Made by a program: the position numbers and the translations under genes. Below, in pieces: positions 37,862-50,053 of a stretch of DNA of 64,000 bases. The notes beneath the pieces are model-generated. The model made no database searches. It was not told the origin of the DNA and saw only the letters and a list, made by a program, of their open reading frames with translations. Each line of letters begins with the position of its first letter. Positions within the stretch are counted from its first letter, which is position 1. Source of the stretch: Lama guanicoe (lineage: Eukaryota); contig MU053365.1 in NCBI GenBank assembly GCA_013239625.1, forward strand, positions 622,001-686,000, given 5' to 3'.

Positions 37862-38349
37862 TACTCTGTTACTCACTCCAGTGCAAGGCGTGGTGGTGGG
37901 AAGCTGCTTTCTGAAATTGGTCTTTTCTATTAGTTCTGATTTTGCCCACCTGTTTCCCTGGCCTCCAATAGCAGAGAAGCTGCTCTCTTAACACAGGAGG
38001 AATCTAAGGCCCTCTGGAGACGTGGGGAGCAGTCCCAAGGCCTCGTCACTGCAGTGGCGAAGGAAGATGTGAACCTGTGTCTCTTTCATCTTCAAGTTCA
38101 AGTGATTTCTTTTCCTCATCTTCTCCTTTTCTGAGACATTCTCCTATTCTCCCATATGCTCCTATTAGGTCCCTTAAACCTCATCTTATATTCAGGTAAC
38201 TCCCATTTTCATCATTAGAAGCCATAGGTGCATTCATGGGAAGATAAAATCCAGGGCACCTGCAGATTCACTGAAATCAAGAAAGTTCAATTACGCCATG
38301 TTCATTAGCTCACAGTGGTAGGACACCCAGGCTGACCGTGCAGGCTAGT

Positions 38350-38530
38350 CTTTTAGAAGAGAGACTGTGAGAGCAGGAGAGTATGGCCGTCCTCTAGTTC
38401 TGGTCCCTTCATTTTCCAGATGAGGAAACAGAGCTCAGAAATGTAATGGGCTTCACAGCAGGTCTGTGGCAAAGCTAGGAGGCAAGAACCCAGGATTCCA
38501 GTTCCCAAACTAGCTGTCTTCCTAGTATCC
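38350..38530 (-). mobile_element. MIR SINE
   Basis: cattttccagatgaggaaacagagctcagaaa...ggcaaagctagga...gaacccagg. Confidence 0.7.
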
Positions 38531-39762
38531 TAATACCCAGGGTTTGTCCCTTCTGACTGCTTTTGTCCACACTTCCATCACACTCAAGAATAAATATCCG
38601 TCTCATTTGCCCTCCGTTGGTCAACTTTCCCTAGCATTGCATTTTACTAGAAATTGCCAGTAGGGAAAAACTTCAGGAATTTAATTTGGATTCAAGTATA
38701 GAAAAACCATTAGTTTCCTTACACCAAAATGTACAGAGCCTAAAGGGATTGTAAAAATTAACTACATCTGTGGGAAGAAGCCAAGTGAGTGAGACTGAAA
38801 AACCAGTTTAAGTCCATTTGGTTTGTATATTTCATGAAGTTTAATAATCATTGCTTACCGAATTTGGTTGTTTCACAAAACTAGTGGGAGAAACATTAAA
38901 AAAAATTGATATTTTAAAATGATGAGTTTGCTTTAAAATACTCCTAATACAGGATTTACTACAGTAATGATGTACATGAAGGTAAATAACAGTCTCACTT
39001 GTTTTCTAAACCAGCTGGCACTAAAACATCTTTATTTTGGCTAATATTTTTGTAAAGGCATAAAAATACATATTTAATTCACTCAAGGGACAAACATAAG
39101 CTGTAACTCACTTCTTGTTGTTCTGAATGAGTTTCTGCCTACTATACAATTTGTAGATATTTATTCTCACTACATGTTCCAGAGTTCCAAGTGGTACTTT
39201 TCTTCAATATCCAGCCCTGTTTTGAATTTGACACTAACCTAGTGTCTATATAATTTCTCTTAGTTGAAAAAACAAAACCTCTGCTATTAAATACCTTCAA
39301 AATCACCACCAAGTTAAATAGTTATTTGCTAACATCCACGAGCACTTATTTCGTTTCCTAACATCCATGTGCTAAACAAACTATTCTAAAAAGCTAAAAA
39401 CAGATCATAATGATTTTACATACATAGGGAAAACATAGGAGAACCTTGGATCTGGAGATGTGAACCTGGTGCCTTGAAAAGATGTTTCTAAAATCAGTAG
39501 AACCTCTAAGTCATGTTCCCACAGCAGGACTCATTGAGACCTCTGCAGGCAACCACACTCTTCAGCAAATGTACTCTCTTCCCACAGACACTGGCTCTCA
39601 TTAAAAACAAAAAATCAAGATGAGAGTGAAAGGAGAGGAAACACACAAGGTACTTACTCTCCACATCTGTCAGCTGCCCAACCCAGTCATGCCAATTTCT
39701 TTAGGTCTTAGGGAAATGGGCCAGTGCTTATCCTTAGAGTTCCCTTAAATCTGTGCTTTTTC

Positions 39763-39800
39763 TTTTTTTTTTTAAACATTTTGTATTGATTTATAATCAT
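39763..39800 (-). mobile_element. Ultra-truncated (38 bp) young L1 3' tail with 14-bp TSD
   Basis: T11 plus aaacattttgtattgatttataatcat, similar to the reverse complement of the L1 end near 56125-56155; TSD atctgtgctttttc (39749-39762) / atctatgctttttc (39801-39814). Confidence 0.8.
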
Positions 39801-40044
39801 ATCTATGCTTTTTCAAACAACGTGTACACCAGTACTTCCAGAAGTCCTGGAGGAAAACAGGTTTAATATTCCCCTTTTGGGGCACTTTGAGGATACCCCA
39901 TTCCCTCTACTTCTGAAAACAGAAGTAGATTCAGGAACCTTATCAAATCATCCTCCAGTGGCATCAGGCTGACATCCCAAGAACCAATCCTCTTATCTTG
40001 TTTTTCTCTCACCTACTCCCCTTTTCTTCTGGTCCCCACCCTGT

Positions 40045-40460
40045 TTTTAAAATGATTCTAACAACTCTACTGAGATGTAATTCACATACCATTCAATTCA
40101 CCCATTTCAAGTATACGATCAGTGGCTTTCAGAATATTCACAGAGTTTTGCAACTATCACCATGATATAGTTTTAGAATATTTTCACGACCCCCCCCCAA
40201 AAGAAGCCCTATACCTTTTGGCATCATCGCGCCCCAAATCCTCCCATCCAGCCCAGCCCTAAGCAATGACTAGTCTACTTTCTCTCTGAATAAAGTTGCT
40301 CATTCTGGATATTCTGTAGACACGAAATGATACAATATGTGATCTTTGATGCCTGACTTCTTTAACTTAGAATGTTTTCAAGGTTCATCCATGTTGTAGC
40401 ATGGATCAATACTTCACTACTTTTCTTATAGCTGAATAACAGTCCACTGCTTGGATATTC
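40045..40460 (-). mobile_element. L1MB-type 3' UTR fragment
   Basis: tgagatgtaattcacataccattcaattcacccatttcaagtatac...aatgttttcaaggttcatccatgttgtagcatggatcaatacttc. Confidence 0.88.
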
Positions 40461-40914
40461 CTGGTCCTACGTTACACCATGCTCATTAAGGGGATTCAAA
40501 TTTGTGAGCTGATAATGATTTAATCAGGATTCTCTCTGTCTCCCATTAGACTTTTCACTCCTTAAGGAAAAGGTCTGTGGCTTCTAAGTCACTTACAGCA
40601 AGCTACAGGTGAGCAGAGGAAACCTTCTTGTATATAAACAAACAATGTCAAATACAGATATTGTGAGGAAGAAGCTTAAAAAGTGTTTGGCTTAAGCTTA
40701 GGGCAAAATTATTTTGACTAGCCTGCCAAATTCCCCAAAGGATGTAATACCGCACTATCAAATACCAAATACTCAAGCTGCAAAGATAATTGACTACATC
40801 TAGGAATGGTAAAAACCTAGTGAAAACCTAACCTGACACCAACCAAAGAAACAGGTTCTGACACTTCTAAAGAATTTCGTAGTGTGTCCAGAAATGATGG
40901 AATCCAAATTCTTC

Positions 40915-41100
40915 CCAACTCTTTCACTTACAAGTCTCTTGATCATTAATAACTCATTTTACATTTCTAAGCCTCAGTTTCCTTATGGGTAAAATGGGAA
41001 TAACTTATTCTTTCCTCTTCATGTGGCTGGTGTCAAGGTTAAGCATGATAGTGAATGAGGAAGGCTTTTGTAAATTGCTAATGGCTGCTCACATGAGGCC
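40915..41100 (+). mobile_element. MIR SINE
   Basis: ctaagcctcagtttccttatgggtaaaatgggaataac...gaaggcttttgtaaattg. Confidence 0.7.
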
Positions 41101-41164
41101 ATTGACAGCACCATGATCTAGGTCAACATGATCAGGATTTACCTTCACCCCACAAAGCTCTACT

Positions 41165-41335
41165 GCACATTAACTCATGTACTCCTCGGCAACATCTGGT
41201 AAATTAGCAAGACAGGGATTATTATTTCCATTGAAAGACAGAAAACCGATGCTCAGAAAATAGTTACAGCCTATGAAAGCTGCATTTAGGACACCACTCG
41301 CCTGATTCCTAATCCAGAGCTCTTTCAAAAACTCT
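41165..41335 (-). mobile_element. MIR SINE
   Basis: gacagggattattatttccattgaaagacagaaaaccgatgctcagaaa...ctgattcctaatccagagctcttt. Confidence 0.6.
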
Positions 41336-41646
41336 GAGACTGCTACAAGACCAGCACATGCCAAAGATATTTGCATGCAACTTTCACAAGTTCTCTTCAC
41401 TCCACAAAAACTATAGCAAAACTTCATCAATTTTGAGATCCAGATTCTTTCTAGTAACAGAGCAGGAGAAAGTATATTTCATTAGCTATCCTTTAAACTC
41501 TTTTTCTCTGTAGACTAAAAATGATCTTTGAGACAGTGACACCAGATTCATCAATGTATGGAATTAATTAACAAATTAATATTGACATGAGGTTTAAAGT
41601 AATATTTTAATTTAAAACATTTCTAAGTATTACCATCTTCTATAAT

Positions 41647-41780
41647 CTGGTTCTCAATTTTGGCTGCACATGGGAATCACTCAGTTAAGATTTTATAAAT
41701 CCCATGCTCAGGTCACATGGCAGACCAATTGCAACGGAATCTCCCGGTGGTGGGGAGGGTGTTTTGGGCATCCAGTATAA
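41647..41780. mobile_element. hAT-Charlie MER5A-like fragment
   Basis: tggttctcaattttggctgcacatgggaatcac...cagaccaattgcaacggaatctc. Confidence 0.7.
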
Positions 41781-42019
41781 AATAATTTCTAGTCTTTGCA
41801 CATGATAAGATCATTCATATAGAAACTTCTTTATTAAACCCATTTGGCCATGCCTAAATCTGATGGACCTAACATGGAGGTAAATCAAGACCCAACCCCC
41901 TTTATGGAACAGATGTGTTCTGTGATGCAGAAATCTACATTGCTGATATACGCCATCAGAAATGCCTCAAGGTGAAGAGCAGTTGTTACAAGAATGAATG
42001 TGTCATGCAGAACAAGTAC

Positions 42020-42240
42020 AATAACACTAATAGCTAATCTTTGTTGATTTCTTGCTCCCTGACAGGCACTCTTTTAGCCATTTTATGAGTATTAACTTAT
42101 TTAATCCTCACAAAAACTATGATGGGTACTTTTATCCTCACTTCGTAGATGAGGCAACCAAGGTGCACGAGACCCAGAGAGGTTAACACGCCCCAAGTGG
42201 CACAATTAGTAAGTGGTACAAGCAGACTCGCCACTGAGGC
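42020..42240 (-). mobile_element. MIR SINE
   Basis: attaacttatttaatcctcacaaaaactatgatgggtacttttatcctcacttcgtagatgaggcaaccaagg...gaggttaacacgccccaag. Confidence 0.8.
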
Positions 42241-44310
42241 TGCCCTACCCAGAGGCCACCCTCTTAGCCAAAAAGAAGATGCTAGTACGTAGAAGAGAAG
42301 GGAGGGCCCTGACAAAGCATCACAGCCACACGTTTAAGCTCTGCTCACAGGACAGCACAGGACAGTTGATCCAGGGTGTGTGTCAAAAATCTGAGCTCCC
42401 TGCAGATTATTTCAGGTTAGAAAGGGACTCTTGGAGCACAGGATAGATTCTTCTCAGAAGAGCAAGCATAGGCAGACACTCAGATGGATGCTGATTATCA
42501 ACACTGTTGTTAAGAGTGCACCAAAATTCCATCTTTTAGAGGATTCCATTTTAATTGGAATGCCACTTCTGTATAGAATGACCATGACTCTGGCAACCCA
42601 AAGGTTCCCGTCTGCCTGCAGTACTCAACATATCAATAACTTTCTAGAAGCCTGTTAAAATGTACTTTAAAAGCAGTCTTTCCAATGAAATTAAATTCTT
42701 TTGTCCTTGCACAATGTGACTGTTGGCTAAGAGACAGGATCCAATATCCCTGACTGCTTGAGAGAGATGTCTGTCTCCTCAACAAGTCTTCCTTCCTTCC
42801 TCTTCCCGCAACTCAGATTGCACCTTTATCTCCTTAACCTCACGTCAAGCATCCCCTCCTCCAAACGCAGGTACCCCGCTACAAGAAGATTTCATTGTGC
42901 CATAGATGTCTAAGCATCCCGGAGTTTCTTTTCTGCTTTTGTATCATTTTCTTAGATTGGGTGTCTGATTTCCATTTTTATAGAAAATCATTTAAAAATA
43001 ACTCTCATTCTGTCCCATTCATTAAAAATGAGACTTCGCTATCACTCTTTCTGGCTCATGGACCAATTGGTAACACAAACTGATGTCTTCCAAGCATCAC
43101 ACATTCACGGGGGCCAAACAGAGAGAGCTGCAAATAATTGCATAACTTGGAAGCTTTCAAAGACACTTCCCAACAACTAGCAGGGGCCTGGAATGGATAA
43201 TAACAGAAGCCAAGAGAACACACACTCAGAACACACACTGAATGCAGCCAGTGTAGTTATTTATATATTTAAGTTTGAATTGGTTCAACACTGAAAACTA
43301 TACAAAAATCAAAGTGATAGAAAACATTCTCACTTCCCCTCTTGTCAGCCTCTGCCCTGTTTCTCATGGACAGAGGGAACAATTATTATTTTGTTTCTTC
43401 TTCCAGCGTTTCTTCACATGCTCTTTAGTGTCAACTTGAAATTATCTCATTTATAATTCTCTTTAAACGAATCTGAGTCAATGCTAAATGCTGAGCTTTA
43501 AAGAGCTGCTACATCTAAATTTTGATCTATTTTAAGGAAATGCGAGTACATTTCTCATAATCAGAAACGGTTCCGTGCATCTACGCAAGAGCAGGCAGTG
43601 TCCAGCTCTGATTATTCTGATGGCTCAAAAGGACTCTGTGGTTGGTTTGAGTTCTGCCTCGTGGCAGGCAGAGCGCCCCGCTTGGCCCTCTGCTGCTGAT
43701 GAGCCCTGGTCCAGCCCCCGTGCGTGCTGGCCCCATCCCATGTGCCACGTCCCATACCTGTTGCTTCTGCAGCCAGCCTCCATGGAACAAGTCTGTCTTT
43801 CCAATTAGGAAAAAGCTGCCTGAAGTATTTCCCCTCCATGCCCATTAAATACCAGGAATTCTTTTCCAAGTCAAAGTCTTAATATAACCTGGCTTCTCAT
43901 AAATGACACTTTTAAAAGGTGTTTTATTTTCAGTTAGCTCTGAGCAAGACAATTTCAATAAGTACTTAATTTAAAACAATATTTTCTCTGAAATCGCATT
44001 CTTAATGACTTTTAAACTAAGGAAATTAATGCCCTTAACAAGCCGTTTATAATTGACAGGCTTAAGCGGACTCTATTTTCATGTCTCGCCAAACCCTTTC
44101 ATCCGCGTGTGCTCACAAAATCGTGCGCAGGCAAACCCTACCCCCTAAAGGCTTACTCTTCAGGCCTCTGCCCCTCCACAGCCCATCCACCGCTCAGAGC
44201 TCCGGCCTGACACACAGCCGCGGGCATGAGATCCGGGCCGCAGCACAGAGCGCCGGGCGCGGCCCACTTCTCCCTGTTGCTTCAGTGAGGTGCCTGAAAA
44301 GGCGCCCCCC

Positions 44311-44763
44311 TGTTTGGGGCTGAAGTGTGCCCCCTCAATGCTCATATGGTGGGGTCCTGACCTCCAGGAGCTCAGAAAGTGACCTTCTTTGGAAGCAGAG
44401 TTGTTGCTGATGTAGTTAGGTAAGTTAAGATGAGGTCATACTGGAGTAGGGGACATCGAATGTCCTGGTGTCCTTCTACAAGGGGGAAATTTGAACACAG
44501 AGACACACAGGAGAGCGCTAAGTAAAGAAGACAGAGACTGAGGTGATGCTTGTAGAAGTCAAGGAACAGCACAGATTGCCAGGAAACCACCAGAAGGCAG
44601 GAGGGAGGCCGGGAACAGATTCTCCCTACAGCCCTCGGAAGGAACCAACCGTGCCCACACCCTGACAGACTTGGAGTGTCCTGAACTGGGAGAGGATGCA
44701 TCCGTGCTGTTTAAGCCTCCCAGTTTGCAGTGCTGGGTTACGGCAGTGCTGACGGGCTCATGC
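44311..44763 (+). mobile_element. MaLR solo LTR, MLT1B/C-like
   Basis: tgtttggggctgaagtgtgccccc...gttaagatgaggtcatactggagtagg...accaccagaaggcaggaggg...gaacagattctccctacagccctcggaaggaaccaacc...tgtttaagcctcccagttt. Confidence 0.88.
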
Positions 44764-46007
44764 CGCCCCGGGCGGCATTTCTGAGCTGGTCCACAATGGA
44801 ACTGCTGGGTCTCCTCCCGGTGAGCGTGGATAATCATGACCCTAGGAACTATCTTTTTGACTCAACTGACATGCTCTCCACCCCTCCCACTTCCATCCCA
44901 GCACAGCCCTCCTTCGGTTTTCCAAATAGCCCTCGTTCCCTCTTTCCTGCTCTGTGAGCGAACCATGGGTATTAAATGAAATTGTCACCAGAATAACACA
45001 TTTATCTGGAAGAGTGCCAGGCTCGGTGTTCAGCCCTTAATAAATAGTTTTTGACTGAATGAATAAACAAATGACAGGCAAACAGATTACTTTTCTGCCC
45101 AAGTTTGGGGACAAATGTTGACAAAGCTATTAAATTAATATATTAATTCATTTGTCTATTCAATCAACAAACACCAGGCAGTATGTTTGGTGCTCAGGAA
45201 AAAAAATAAGAAAGAGTACGAGCCTTGGAGAAATTCACAGCCCAGAAGGGGAGGTAAATCCATTCTAAAAGAATCACGGTGCAGGGGGACACACACTCTG
45301 ACCACAGGAACGAAGTGCCCTGGGAACATTCTCAGGTTGGTGGGGGGAGGGAAGCAAAATCAGGCAGCTGCGTTCCAGCTGGGCCTTGAGCAGTGGAAGA
45401 GTTCATGTTCTGCGCATCAGCTCGTTCAAGTACATACTAGTCAAGTGGCACTAAGGACGATCCCACGGGACAAACATGGATGAGAGAACAAGGGACTGAA
45501 GACGCAGGCAAGCTCCGTCCCTCAGACTGTCCGTGCTTGGTGCAATTGGTCTCCGACAGTGGTGGGGAAACAGCAAGATTTTCTGCTCTTCAGGGAAGCT
45601 GGAAAATGAGAGTTGGGGCTTTGCGAATGCTTGTATTCAAGGGTCAAACCCTAATTGCACTTGAGATACCGAGTGAGAGGAAGAGCCTCAACAGAGAGAA
45701 ATGGATGACAGAGATAAGCCTGTGAAGGGCCAGCTCATGAAGCACAGATGAGATTTCCAAGGGAAGCATTTATTGTCTCCTGTATTACAGCACATTGTCT
45801 CTCAAAGTGATTAGTTATCAGTCTCAGTTATCCAAAACTGGTATGAAATAAAGCGTTTACGCAGTTATGCTTCATTGATGTCAGCTAGGGGAGCATGAAA
45901 ATCTCCATGAAGGTGGGTAATTGATGTGTAAATCAGAACACAATCACTCTGTAATAGAAATGGTCCCACTGAAAGCATGCTTGTTGAACACAATCGCGGA
46001 GAAGCCA

Positions 46008-46040
46008 GAGGGAGGGAGGGAGGGAGGGGAGGAGGGCGGG
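46008..46040 (+). repeat. (GGGA)n tract with G-quadruplex potential
   Basis: Seven G-runs of at least 3 G with short loops: gggagggagggagggaggggaggagggcggg. Confidence 0.75.
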
Positions 46041-47149
46041 AGAAGATAGAAGGCTTATTTATTAAAAATGATAATAACTTTTAATTTGTGCAATTTTCTC
46101 TTCAACAGAGGGCTGCTGTCAGAAATGCTCACAAGCAAGTTATGACCAATAGATCCGGAGAGTTTCCTTCTGTTCTAATGAACTGTTTCTGTTTTATTTA
46201 AATGCTCGGAGACCCTGTTGTGGATGTTTCAAAAGCAAATTAAAACAACACCTTCGTCTTTTGAAACATGACATATGTTAATGACATCCGTGATCATAAT
46301 TTGCTTAACAATGCTCATTCCAGGTATGTTTGCTATTGTTACTAAAATCCTTCCGTCACTGTGCATTTGCTCTCTGAAGAGCAGTGAATACAAATGGACA
46401 ATGCCTTGTGATTTAATATTTTAATATTTCATATTGAAACAAAATGACTTCTTATTGTTGATCAAATAGCAGTTCCTATTTCAATCACCATTCTAATCAT
46501 TATTGTTATTAGTACTCAAGGTGCCACGAGAGTGTCGAGTGGCAGATTTTTCTTCCCCTTTACTGACCTCACTGAATAACGAGAAAATTCTCTACAGCAA
46601 ATACTGCCACAGTAGGTTTAACAGCCAACGTTTTTGCTAATTAATATGAAAAGGAAAGTGCTAGCTTTCAGTTTTTGTCCAGATCTTGTGGAAAATGGTT
46701 GGGTCAATATGAGAGGCAGGTTCTTCCTAGGGATCTAGTGTGGATCCAGTGGATTCACCCACCAGAGCGTGATCTAGTCCTGAGTCTAGGCACGGTGCAT
46801 GTGCACACCCTCTTCTGCACGCAGAAGCACGTTCTGTGTGGCAGCATGGAGTGATGGCATCAGTATTGGTTCAAAAGGATGCATGTGCTGATGGCTCGTC
46901 TCATCTCTAGTGCTGGCCCGTCATCCAAATGTCTGCACCTTGACAAAATGCCTATATAAGACAGACTCACAGGGGGTGCTGAGAGAAAGTGAGGGCTGAT
47001 TAAGGAAAGCTTAGCCTTATCTGTAGTGGTATAATTTTTTGAAGGTGAGTGGAGTCATATATTATCGATATCATTGCAAAATAAATAAGTGAATGCATTT
47101 GGTGCATACCAGGATTTTAAAATTTTGCTGCTCTTTTGAAAAGTGACAG

Positions 47150-47375
47150 ACTCTTACATTTGCATGGTACTTGGCACTTCACAGAGCACTTACACAAGTA
47201 AGAAGACTTGCAACAACCCTGGGAAATAGGCAGGACGGGCCCTCTGACCTCCCATTTCACAGATGGAGACACTGAGACCCAGAAGGGCTAACCGAGCAAT
47301 GCTCACTTGGTCGCTCACCTAATGAAGGGCGGGAGGAAGGTGTCTGCATCCAGGAGCAGTCTTTTTCTTACTACA
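47150..47375 (-). mobile_element. MIR SINE
   Basis: caacaaccctgggaaataggcagg...cccatttcacagatggagacactgagacccaga. Confidence 0.75.
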
Positions 47376-47589
47376 GGGCTCTGTGCTCTAACTGTAAAAT
47401 GCTAGCTAATTCTATTCTTCCAGAACACAAGAAGCATCACTAAGTGTCAGAGCAAAGGGCCATTATTTTCAGGTCTTTAGAAAATAGCTTTCTATGGGTT
47501 ATCGTTATTAATGGATTAGCTAATAATACATAAATACGCCTTTGTAGGAAAACATTGAAATAGATGAGACAGACTTTTGGAAGGAGGAG

Positions 47590-47695
47590 ACCATCTAGTG
47601 GAAAGACCTTGGAGAGTGATTTCTGCCCCTTAAAGGCTCAGTGACCTTGAGCAAGTCACGGGTCCACTCTGAGCCTCAGTCTCCGCACTTAACAC
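47590..47695 (+). mobile_element. MIR fragment
   Basis: gtgaccttgagcaagtcac...ctctgagcctcagtctcc. Confidence 0.6.
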
Positions 47696-47789
47696 CCTCA
47701 ACCTCACCGTCACAGCCTTCTAAGAAACACTTACCCAAAAGAGCACACAGCACAGGAGGAGGAGATAAACTGTAATGTATAATCGAAAA

Positions 47790-48108
47790 CTACACTAATA
47801 CAGTAACCGCCAGCCAAGCGGAGCACGTGCAACATGCCTAGTCTTAACCGAGACGGGCCGTAAGTATAAAATACATATCAGATTTCAAAGGCTTGGTATG
47901 AAAATAGTATTAAATACAGAATGGATAATTTAAACAGATTGCATGTTGAAATGATATTTGGCATACACTGAGTTAAATCAAGTGTCATTAAAAGCAATCT
48001 CACCTGTTTCTTTTCACTTTTTTAAAAAACTGTGGCAACTAGAAAATTTAAACTCACAAATGTGAATTGTGTTTGTGGCTTCCATTATATTTCTCTTGGG
48101 CAGCACTG
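47790..48108. mobile_element. hAT-Charlie MER33-like element
   Basis: gtaagtataaaatacatatcagatttcaaaggcttggtatgaaaa...catgttgaaatgata...tcacctgtttcttttcac...actagaaaattt...attatatttctcttgggcagcactg. Confidence 0.8.
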
Positions 48109-49927
48109 GCCTAAAAAGAGATTTTCTCAGTCTAGTTAAGAGTCCACTTAGCTTAAACAATAGTGGTTTCAGTGCTCTGCCTCAGGACAACAGAAGACTG
48201 TGCTGTTGGGTTCATTGTAACAATCTAACCTATGCGGTCCCGTTCTATTATTTTCCCCCTTCTGGGCTATCATTTGTTCCCTCCATCTCATTTTCATTTA
48301 GCCCTTGGGCGCATATGCCAGTGTTTGTTTTCATGACTGTGGTATTGTCTAATTGGTGCATTGTTGATCAATAATATGTCAGGTGTTGAGCTCTGTTTGT
48401 GTAATATGTTTAATATGCTTCTACCCAATGCACCATATGGAGGCACTGCACTGTATATTATGAGCATATTAATGCTAAGACTCAATTGAGTATCACTGGT
48501 GCATAGGAAACTAGTAAAACAAAATTATGCTAAGTAGTTGCTGAACATCGTGGTGTCTAATATTTTTAATGAGCATCGCAAACACTGTGCTAGTGTGTGG
48601 GTGCCAGCGCGTGCCCTGCTCTGAAATCTCAAAAGAACCCAAGCACTATTCCTGGCTTAATGTAAATGTCATTTGACAAGAGGAAGGCATTTTTCAGGTA
48701 TAGAAACTAGAGAGAGTAAATAATAGAGTGGAACTTAATCTACCAATAACTGTGTCTTTCAGTCGAAACTCTATGCAGTTTTTAAGTCTTTTATGCTTGT
48801 TTTCTTCCCCAGGTGCTTGTAGGAGCTGGGAAGAATTTTGATTAGCATAAGCCACCAGCAGTTTCTTTCTACCTGTTTCACATACATTTCACACGTTACT
48901 TTCAGAACTCCTCAGTTTACTGATATTTTCTTGGGAAATTGCCAACCAATCTGTAGCAAAATTAAACTGTGCCTTTTAATAGAAAACAATCATTGATTAG
49001 CACATACTATTCAAGCCAGATGAATCAGCAGCGTGCGAGGATGAAGCGTTCTATCACAGCGACACGCCATTCGAACGCGCTGATAGATGCATTCATTCGC
49101 TGATAGGCACCTCGGCAGGCAAGAGCACAGGCTCACACTCGGCGGCACTTCACACTCATGCTCCCCCGCACAAAGTGTGCTCAACAACAAGAATGGCGTC
49201 AAATGAACAATTTACTATGATTAGTTTAGTTTCATTTGTTAATTACAGATTCAACAAGAACTGAATGCTGACGCTTTTCGAGTATCAGATACCCATTGAT
49301 CCATAGCCCCCTACATGCTCAAGTAATACTGAAAGTCTGATATAATTTATTGTTACTTAGAGCACTGATTGGCTAGAGGAATTATACACCAATAAATGAT
49401 GGCACTGCCATTGATTGAATCTGCCTATAATTGCTTCCATTCATCGCAATGTATGCTCTAACGCAAACTGGGAAGAAAGGAGATGATCAACTTCAAGCTT
49501 CAGCTGTTTCAAAGTCCACAGTGGGTCCCTAAGTTCGTGGGTGTTGAGTATTATGCTGATCTCTAGGCTGTGTTGCACTGGAAGAATCTTAAGAGAGTGA
49601 TATACATGCTCACTTGTATATATCGCATGTCTATAGAATTCACCCAGCTCTGTCATTTACGACTGCCTAGTGGGCTTGTTTGCCTCCAGGGAAGCAGATG
49701 GGATGACTCTGCTAAGATGAGGACCACCTGGTCCTCTACTGCTCTGTCCCCCACCCCTCGGGACAGATGGAATCCTCAGGTTATTCATTTCTTTCTAGAG
49801 TGGTCCTACCTTGGGCACAGGGACACACAGAAAAACTGTGCTCAGACATTTGTAACTCATCTTCCTTGTTGCCTCCTTGAGACATCCTCACCTGACACTG
49901 TCCCTTCCATCCAGGCTGGGTTCAGAG

Positions 49928-49965
49928 CCCCTCTCCTCTCCTCCCCTCCCCTCCCCTCCCCTCCC
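49928..49965 (+). repeat. (CCCCT/CTCCT)n polypyrimidine repeat
   Basis: Read directly from the sequence. Confidence 0.8.
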
Positions 49966-50053
49966 CAGCACGCTGAAGTTCCTCCACCATCTCACTAATT
50001 CCACCCCTCAGGGACCTGTTTACTGCCAAACAGATGGCAATACAGACAGACAC

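Noticed and set aside
44081..44310. FRAXE CCG repeat or AFF2 promoter CpG island
   Set aside because: No (CCG)n tract; the FRAXE repeat lies at exon 1, upstream of and outside this window.
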